Origin: Pirellula staleyi DSM 6068
Lineage (GTDB): Bacteria > Planctomycetota > Planctomycetia > Pirellulales > Pirellulaceae
Length of the DNA stretch: 32,000 bases
Assembly: GCA_000025185.1 (NCBI GenBank)
Contig: CP001848.1
Location: 2,430,001-2,462,000, forward strand
Direction: 5' to 3'
Part shown: one piece after another, positions 7,304 to 13,278 of the stretch
Layout of the letters: the number at the start of each line of letters is the position of its first letter
Numbering within the stretch: the first letter of the stretch is position 1
Made by a program: the position numbers and the translations under genes
The notes under the pieces: generated by a model
Told to the model about the DNA's origin: nothing
The model's database searches: none
What the model saw: the letters and a program-made list of their open reading frames with translations, nothing else

Positions 7304-8136
7304 GTGAATTCAGTGGGGCACGGGTGAGGATATGCTGATTTACCCGCCTTGATATTAGTTCGACTTTAGTCAATTGCTAGGTACTGATATGGCTGGCTTG
7401 CGAACAGGAAAGCAAAGTGACTCTGAACTCAATTAATGGATTGTGGATGTCAATCGCATGAAGAATACAATTCCAGTTCGGCGAAGTACTATGCCTAGAC
7501 CAACTGCCTGTACAGCAGCGGGTTTTCGCGGGCGAGTTGCCGTTGGTGGTTGCGGAGGGCGTCGCACTGGGGATGGGTGGTGCGGTGGAGTCCAGCTGAG
7601 GGGGATGGAGGCGTTCTTGAATTTCAATCGCCCGAAACGGTGAGGGAAAGTGCGGGTCGGGGCGGTTTCGGGGGATCGCGCGGCAGCGGGGCAGGTGAGA
7701 GCCGTGCGGTGGTTTTGCTGTAAGTGGAGAAAGCAAGTCGGTTTAGGTGCTTTCTCGGGCGCCAGTGTTTGAAGGATGGGTGAAGGGCGTCAGTTGTTTG
7801 CAGCTAGCGACCCATTTGACCTTTCCGATTAGGCCAGAACCGCTAAGATACTAGGCTTGGGAAAATTGTTTTTTCACTCAGCCACCGTGTGGGTTATCGA
7901 GCGCAGGCTCGATCGGGCTGGAAGAGACGGTTTCCTGTCATATCGCAAGTTGCGATGTGATAAGCAGTTATCGTCGCTGATGGTGTTGGCTTGTAGAGGT
8001 GGTCGCTGCATTTTCTGACAGCGATGCCGCTCGTGCAGGTTGGTCTCGCGTGAGCCTCGGACCTGGCCACTGTGTCCCACTACAGTAAGGCCGCCAGAGG
8101 TAAATCCGTAGACACTGCCTCGTTTCAAGGTGAAGC

Positions 8137-10227
8137 ATGGATCTGACAAAAGTACGTAACTTCGGTATCTCGGCACACATCGACTCCGGCAAGACGACGC
8201 TCAGCGAGCGCATCCTGTTCTACACCGGCCGCATTCACAAAATCGAAGAAGTGAAGGGTGGCGGCGACGGCGCGACGATGGACTATATGGACCTCGAAAA
8301 AGAACGAGGTATCACGATCACCTCCGCTGCCACGACTGTGCAGTGGGACGGCCTGACGATGAATCTCATCGACACTCCCGGCCACGTGGACTTCACCGTG
8401 GAAGTCGAACGCTCGCTCCGCGTGCTCGATGGCGCGATCCTGGTGCTCTGCGCCGTGGGTGGTGTGCAGTCGCAGTCGATGACGGTCGACCGTCAAATGA
8501 AGCGTTATCGCATTCCACGCCTGGCGTTCATCAACAAGATGGACCGCACCGGTGCTCGTCCGTTCGCCATTGTCGACGACGTGAAGGCCAAGCTCGGTGT
8601 CGATGCTTGCCTGATGCAATATCCGATGGGTGGCGGCGAAACCTTTGCCGGCATGATCGACCTGACGACCCAGAAGGCTCTGTACTTCGATGGTCGTGAC
8701 GGCGAAAACGTGCGCGAAGAAGCTGTGCCAGCTGAGTACGCTGCTGAAGTGAAGAAGTATCGTCAAATCATGCTTGAAACGCTGGCGATGTACAGCGACG
8801 AGATGATGGCCCTGCTTCTCTCGGAAGAAGAAGTACCACTCGATCTGATTTACAGCGTGACCAAGCATGCCGTACAGCAGCAAGGTTTCACCCCTGTGTT
8901 TGTGGGCTCGGCCTACAAGAACAAGGGTGTTCAGCCGCTGCTCGACGCGATCGTTCGCTTTTTGCCTTGCCCACTCGAACGCGAAGTGAAGGCGAAGAAC
9001 TGGGAAAAGGCCGACGAGGCATTTCCTCTGTTCCCAGACTCCACCAAGCCGTTCGTCGGCATGGCGTTCAAGATTGTGGAAGATCCCTTTGGTCAGCTCA
9101 CCTTCATGCGGTTGTACCAAGGCAAGATCACCAAGGGTGAAATGTACTACAACCAGCGTACCGGCAAGAAAGATCGCTTCAGCCGCATCGTGAAGATGCA
9201 CGCCGACAAGCGTGAAGAAATCGACGTTGCTGAAGCTGGCGATATCGTGGCGATCATGGGGATCGACTGCGCATCGGGTGATACCTATGCCGCCGAGCCG
9301 AAGTTTTGCACGCTCGAAAGCATGTTCATCGCCAAGCCGGTTATCAAAGTGGCGGTGACACCGGTCAACCGTGCCGACAGCGATAAGCTCAGCAAGGCTT
9401 TGCAGCGCTTCCGCAAGGAAGACCCGACCTTCAACGTGTTCAACGATGAAGAAACCAGCGAAACAATCATCGCGGGTATGGGTGAGTTGCATCTCGACAT
9501 TTATGTCGAACGCATCAAGCGCGAATACAAGGTCGAGTTGCAGGTCGGTGCACCCAAGGTGAGCTACCGCGAATCGCCGACACAGAAGTACGAGTTCAAC
9601 TACAAGCACCGTAAGCAATCGGGTGGTAGCGGTCAGTACGCTCACATCGTTGGTTTCTTCGAGCCCCTTCCTGAAGACTCGGAAGAGAACTTCATCTTCG
9701 AAGAAAACATCGTCGGTGGTCGTATTCCGAAGAACTTCATTCCTTCGATCGAAAAGGGTTTCAAGACCGTCGTGGGCAAGGGTCCGCTGGCTGAATACCC
9801 TGTCGTGGGTCTCAAGGCCGTGGTGAACGATGGTTCGTATCACGAAGTCGACTCGTCGGATCGCGCGTTCCAAACGTGTGCCGAAGGTTGCTTCCGCGAA
9901 CACTTCAAGGACACCAAGCCTGCGATTCTCGAACCGATCATGAAGGTCGAAATCGAATGCCCCGAGAACTTCCAGGGACCCATCACGGGCGACTTGATTT
10001 CTCGCCGTGGTATGATCGTGAACACCGACTCGCGCGATAAGATCACCAACATCGTGGCGGAAGTGCCGCTTGCCGAAACGTTCGGCTACGCGACCGACAT
10101 CCGCAGCATGTCGCAAGGTCAGGGTACGTTCACGATGGAACTTTCCTGCTACCGCAAGGTGCCAGGCAACGTTCAGGAAGAAATCATTGCCGAGAAGCGT
10201 AAGCAACTCGCTGCTGCCGCGAAGTAA
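8137..10227 (+). CDS. fusA: Translation elongation factor G, mitochondrial-like ('spd' EF-G1-type) paralog
   Basis: GTPase motifs are AHIDSGKTT (G1), DTPGH (G3) and NKMD (G4). EF-G domains II-V are present (GMGELHLDIY, KKQSGGSGQYAH, HEVDSS). The strings ISAHIDSGKTTLSERILFYTGRI, LVLCAVGGVQSQSMTVDRQMKRY and GIDCASGDT resemble mitochondrial EF-G1 more than E. coli-type EF-G. Confidence 0.95.
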   Translation: MDLTKVRNFGISAHIDSGKTTLSERILFYTGRIHKIEEVKGGGDGATMDYMDLEKERGITITSAATTVQWDGLTMNLIDTPGHVDFTVEVERSLRVLDGAILVLCAVGGVQSQSMTVDRQMKRYRIPRLAFINKMDRTGARPFAIVDDVKAKLGVDACLMQYPMGGGETFAGMIDLTTQKALYFDGRDGENVREEAVPAEYAAEVKKYRQIMLETLAMYSDEMMALLLSEEEVPLDLIYSVTKHAVQQQGFTPVFVGSAYKNKGVQPLLDAIVRFLPCPLEREVKAKNWEKADEAFPLFPDSTKPFVGMAFKIVEDPFGQLTFMRLYQGKITKGEMYYNQRTGKKDRFSRIVKMHADKREEIDVAEAGDIVAIMGIDCASGDTYAAEPKFCTLESMFIAKPVIKVAVTPVNRADSDKLSKALQRFRKEDPTFNVFNDEETSETIIAGMGELHLDIYVERIKREYKVELQVGAPKVSYRESPTQKYEFNYKHRKQSGGSGQYAHIVGFFEPLPEDSEENFIFEENIVGGRIPKNFIPSIEKGFKTVVGKGPLAEYPVVGLKAVVNDGSYHEVDSSDRAFQTCAEGCFREHFKDTKPAILEPIMKVEIECPENFQGPITGDLISRRGMIVNTDSRDKITNIVAEVPLAETFGYATDIRSMSQGQGTFTMELSCYRKVPGNVQEEIIAEKRKQLAAAAK

Positions 10228-10263
10228 TTCGCCGCTGCAAGCGTTTGCCTCATGAACCTCACG

Positions 10264-10301
10264 AGCCTCGCTAGGAAAGCGATTTTCTAGCGAGGCTTTT
10301 T
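10264..10301 (+). terminator. Rho-independent terminator of fusA
   Basis: There is a perfect 11-bp stem, agcctcgctag (10264-10274) paired with ctagcgaggct (10287-10297). It extends inward by G.U plus three A-U pairs to a GCGA tetraloop. A T-run follows at 10297-10301. It begins 37 nt after the fusA stop codon. Confidence 0.85.
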
Positions 10302-10352
10302 CGTGCGCTCTGGCAAGAAGGTTTTCGGTAGAGAATTGACAGCGCTCGCGCC

Positions 10353-11243
10353 ATGCGCCACAGTGCTGGGTTGATCGACACCTTTTGTCAACATATTCCT
10401 CGCATCGGAGTCTCTTCGGTGAAGCTCTCTTTCCCACGCATTCTTGGAGTTCTTCTGACCATGGCGATGTTCGCCGCAGGTAGTGCACGTGCTGAGGACC
10501 AAAGCACTTCGGCCCCTCCGAAAAATCCACTCGATGCGTTTGAAACCAACGTCTATGCCGCCTCGGATGGGAAGTCGCTGAATTTTCGTCAGCTCAATCC
10601 GATCAAGGTGGAAGAGGGGAAGAAATATCCACTGGTCATCTTCCTGCATGGAGCGGGGGAACGTGGGGACGACAATCAAGTCCAACTGAAGCACGGCATG
10701 GATAAGTTTGCGAGTCCAGCAGTGCGTGAGAAGTATCCTTGCTATGTGATCGCGCCGCAGTGTCCTGCGGGCGAGCAGTGGGTGAACGTGCCGTGGTCGG
10801 CCGACAAGCATAAGAACCCTGAAAAGCCCTCGGGAGCGATGGGACGCGTGTTTGAAGTGGTCGATGCCTACGTGAAGAACCTGCCAGTCGACGCCGATCG
10901 GATCTACATCACCGGCCTCTCGATGGGTGGTTATGGAACATGGGATGCAATTGCGCGACGCCCCCACTTCTTCGCCGCAGCGATTCCGATTTGTGGTGGT
11001 GGCGACAGCAGCGACGTGTCGGCTTACAAGTCGCTGCCGATTTGGGCGTTCCACGGCGACAAAGATACTGCGGTGAAAGTCGAGCGGACGCGCGACATGA
11101 TCGCCGCGCTGAAGAAAGCGGGTGGGGATCCGAAGTACACCGAGTATCCCGGCGTTGGCCACAACAGCTGGACCGAGACATACAACAACGACGACGTGAT
11201 CGCCTGGCTCTTCTCGCAAAAACGCGAAGCGAAGAAGCAGTAG
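10353..11243 (+). CDS. Secreted alpha/beta-hydrolase (carboxylesterase / dienelactone-hydrolase / prolyl-oligopeptidase-like serine hydrolase)
   Basis: The nucleophile elbow is GLSMGG. Other motifs are YPLVIFLHGAGERGDD and FHGDKDTAV...GHNSW. The likely true start is the GTG at 10419, 8 nt after GGAG (10407-10410), giving the signal peptide VKLSFPRILGVLLTMAMFAAGSARA/EDQ. The coordinates given are those of the longest ORF. Confidence 0.8.
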   Translation: MRHSAGLIDTFCQHIPRIGVSSVKLSFPRILGVLLTMAMFAAGSARAEDQSTSAPPKNPLDAFETNVYAASDGKSLNFRQLNPIKVEEGKKYPLVIFLHGAGERGDDNQVQLKHGMDKFASPAVREKYPCYVIAPQCPAGEQWVNVPWSADKHKNPEKPSGAMGRVFEVVDAYVKNLPVDADRIYITGLSMGGYGTWDAIARRPHFFAAAIPICGGGDSSDVSAYKSLPIWAFHGDKDTAVKVERTRDMIAALKKAGGDPKYTEYPGVGHNSWTETYNNDDVIAWLFSQKREAKKQ

Positions 11244-11505
11244 CTTCGAGTTGCTTCGATCTTCGTGTTGTTCTTTGTTACGTCCCCAATCCGACGGCTG
11301 TGTCGTCGAAGAGTTGATAGCTTGGGCGAGTGTAGAGAAGCGTCATCAAGTCCGTCCCTTGGAGCCAGGCCGGGCTTTGAGACTTGCTCCAGAAAAACAT
11401 AGCGTCCTATCAAAGCGAAACTCGCGATGACCGACGGCAAAGCTGTCGGCTTGGGACGCATGAGAATCGCTCGCATCATGGCTCGGTCGCCCTGCGAACC
11501 ATCGC

Positions 11506-12582
11506 TCATGCGTAGTGCAGCACCGTCTTGATTCCTTGTGATTCGCGGCCGGTGAAATAGGGGAGTGAGTCGGCGGGCGAAGTGCGGCGCGTAAAGATTT
11601 TGGCGAGTGCGGCGGGGCTCATTTGCTTCATCCAGGCGAGGTGCGCGAGTGCGTCGCGGAAGTCGCGGGGGGCGGCATTTACGCAGCCGATATGGAGGTG
11701 GTTGAGCATCAGGCTGTCGCGCATGAGCTTTTGCACGTTCAGCGATGCTGGTTCGGGAATGCGCGTGCTGCCGAGCCATACCATCACGCCACAGCCTCGC
11801 AACCAGCGTGCGGTTTCGAGCATCACTTCGTCGCTACCGGTGCATTCGAGAACGAGATCGAAACCTTCGGTTTCTAGATCGCCAGGGCCCGCAGCGGTGC
11901 TTGCGAGGGTACGATAGTCGGCGCCAAGTTCCAGGGCCAATTGCGAGCGAAAGGTGTCGGGCTGGTCGCGCCCGAGCATCGTCACGTTCCAGCCTCGCGC
12001 GCGGCAGGCAAGGATCGCCGCAAACCCGATCGGACCTTGACCACTCACCAGCGTGCGTGGTGCTTGCCAGGCGCCGGTACCAAGTCGCGCTTGGCTGAGT
12101 AGCAATGCTTCGCTCGCTCCTTTTTCTACGACGGCGAGTGGTTCGGTGAAAACCGCCACATCGGCGATCGCCGGGTCGACCCGATGCAGATGTTCGGGTC
12201 GGTCGATCCAGAGCGAACTGCTGAAGCCATGTTCGTACATGATGCCGCGCTCGGTGAAGGTTCCCAGCGGCAGCATATCGACGCGCTGGACGTAGCGTCC
12301 AATCGCGCGGCGTACGCCAGGAACGACGAGGTTACCCGGGGCAAGTTCCGTCACGCCACTACCGACCGCTTCGACGCGGGCAAGGCATTCGTGGCCGAGC
12401 ACCAGCTGCGACTCACCCTCGGGGACCAGCGGCGCTTGCGACAGCAGGATCTCGCGATCGGTGCCGCAGATCCCTATCTCGAGAGTGCGGCAGAGGATTT
12501 CGCCAGTGCCGGGTGCGCGTGGTTCGGGCATCTCGATGATCGAAGGAAGTTCGCTTCCTGGTGTCGCCGCGATCGCAAACAT
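11506..12582 (-). CDS. Zinc-dependent medium-chain dehydrogenase/reductase (glucose/threonine/alcohol dehydrogenase-like)
   Basis: The start is the ATG at 12582. Motifs are EIGICGTDREI (Cys ligand), GHECLARVEAVGSGV (GHE motif) and the Rossmann segment VSGQGPIGFAAILA. Confidence 0.8.
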   Translation of the reverse strand: MFAIAATPGSELPSIIEMPEPRAPGTGEILCRTLEIGICGTDREILLSQAPLVPEGESQLVLGHECLARVEAVGSGVTELAPGNLVVPGVRRAIGRYVQRVDMLPLGTFTERGIMYEHGFSSSLWIDRPEHLHRVDPAIADVAVFTEPLAVVEKGASEALLLSQARLGTGAWQAPRTLVSGQGPIGFAAILACRARGWNVTMLGRDQPDTFRSQLALELGADYRTLASTAAGPGDLETEGFDLVLECTGSDEVMLETARWLRGCGVMVWLGSTRIPEPASLNVQKLMRDSLMLNHLHIGCVNAAPRDFRDALAHLAWMKQMSPAALAKIFTRRTSPADSLPYFTGRESQGIKTVLHYA

Positions 12583-12772
12583 AGTGAATAAGTCTTGAAA
12601 AAGTGTTCAGGTGATCGTGTGTAATACTTAAGAAAGTGTCGGCAACTTTGAGTTCTGTTTTTTTACGATGTTTGGGTCAGGGGGCGCCGCTGGTGGCTCG
12701 GCTTTATTCTCTCGGGGGGAGAGGGGAGGTCGCTAGTAGGGCGTTTTTCTCGGGAAATCTTGGCATGATCGA

Positions 12773-12814
12773 TCTACGGCAAAAACAGTTGACATCTACG
12801 GCTAAACCCGTAGA
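12773..12814. promoter_or_regulatory. Candidate BlaI-family operator: three copies of TCTACGG (two direct, one inverted) interleaved with the promoter
   Basis: The 9-mer atctacggc occurs at 12772-12780 and again at 12794-12802, 22 bp apart. There is a perfect 7-bp inverted repeat, TCTACGG (12795-12801) - ctaaac - CCGTAGA (12808-12814). It fills the -35/-10 spacer and overlaps the -10 element. Confidence 0.5.
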
Positions 12815-12816
12815 AT
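12789..12816 (+). promoter_or_regulatory. Consensus-like sigma-70 promoter for the blaI/blaR1-like operon
   Basis: The -35 element is TTGACA (12789-12794). A 16-nt spacer separates it from the -10 element TAGAAT (12811-12816). This is ~67 nt upstream of the ATG at 12883, which is itself preceded by GGGAGGAG (12872-12879). Confidence 0.6.
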
Positions 12817-12882
12817 GCCGCTGTCGACGAGTGTTTTAGCACTCATGAACTCGCCAAGTTGCCACCGCGCCGGGAGGAGTGC

Positions 12883-13278
12883 ATGCCACGTCCGAAGGAA
12901 GAACAGCCCACGCCTGCTGAGCTCGAAGTGCTCAAGGTGATTTGGAATCGAGGGGCGAGCACCGTCCGCGAAGTGATGGATGTGCTGAACGAAGAGCGTC
13001 CCCGCGCGTATACCAGCGTGATGAGTCTGCTGAATGTGATGGCCGATAAAGGGCTCCTGCGGCGGATTGCTCAAGGGCGAGCGTTTCTCTACGAGGCGGC
13101 TGTCGATCGTCAATCGGCGCTGCAGCAAATGGTGGGAGACTTGCTCGGACGTGTCTTCGAAGGTTCGACGCGCGAACTCGTCGCCCACATGCTCGACCAA
13201 TCCAATCCCTCGCGTGAAGAGCTCGATGAGATCCGCAAAGCGATCCGCGAGTATCAGCAGCAAAGGAGCGATCCATGA
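12883..13278 (+). CDS. BlaI/MecI/CopY-family winged-helix transcriptional repressor
   Basis: The sequence PTPAELEVLKVIWNRGASTVREVMDVLNEERPRAYTSVMSLLNVMADKGLLRR...FLYEA is the typical penicillinase-repressor family pattern. I prefer the ATG at 12883 with its strong SD over the TTG at 12859 used by the track. The stop codon overlaps the next gene's start (ATGA at 13275-13278). Confidence 0.85.
   Translation: MPRPKEEQPTPAELEVLKVIWNRGASTVREVMDVLNEERPRAYTSVMSLLNVMADKGLLRRIAQGRAFLYEAAVDRQSALQQMVGDLLGRVFEGSTRELVAHMLDQSNPSREELDEIRKAIREYQQQRSDP

Noticed and set aside
6290-7480. The low-GC islet as a prophage remnant, integrative element or defence island
   Set aside because: I could find no integrase, transposase, flanking direct repeats or adjacent tRNA. 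The islet has only one plausible gene, with no recognisable defence domain. I kept it only as a compositional anomaly.
7377-7736. 119-aa Pro-rich minus-strand ORF, and the 66-aa plus-strand ORF 7443..7643
   Set aside because: Both simply read the C-rich and G-rich strands of the skewed block. Neither has a start-codon context, hydrophobic core or motif. I kept the region as a non-coding oddity rather than calling a gene.
7816-7849. TTGACC ... TAAGAT as the fusA promoter
   Set aside because: The spacer is 22 nt, far from the 16-18 nt optimum. It is not supportable without transcription-start data.
8040-8110. Possible SRP (4.5S) or 6S-like RNA on the minus strand, because of 'ccaggtccgagg', which resembles the SRP 'CAGGUCCGGAAGGAAGCAGC' core
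   Set aside because: The conserved GGAAGCAGC continuation and the symmetric-loop partner are missing. I cannot reconstruct the helix-8 fold. I found no tmRNA, RNase P or tRNA hallmarks anywhere in the window either (GGTTCGA-type T-loops, ...TCCACCA ends, GAGGAAAGTCC).
8125-10530. 801-aa ORF on the minus strand, the second-longest minus-strand ORF in the window after 23595..26723
   Set aside because: It lies exactly antisense to fusA, whose identity is unambiguous. The translation is low-complexity and rich in R, H, L and V, with no motifs. This is a typical shadow ORF, created because stop codons are depleted opposite a strongly codon-biased high-GC gene.
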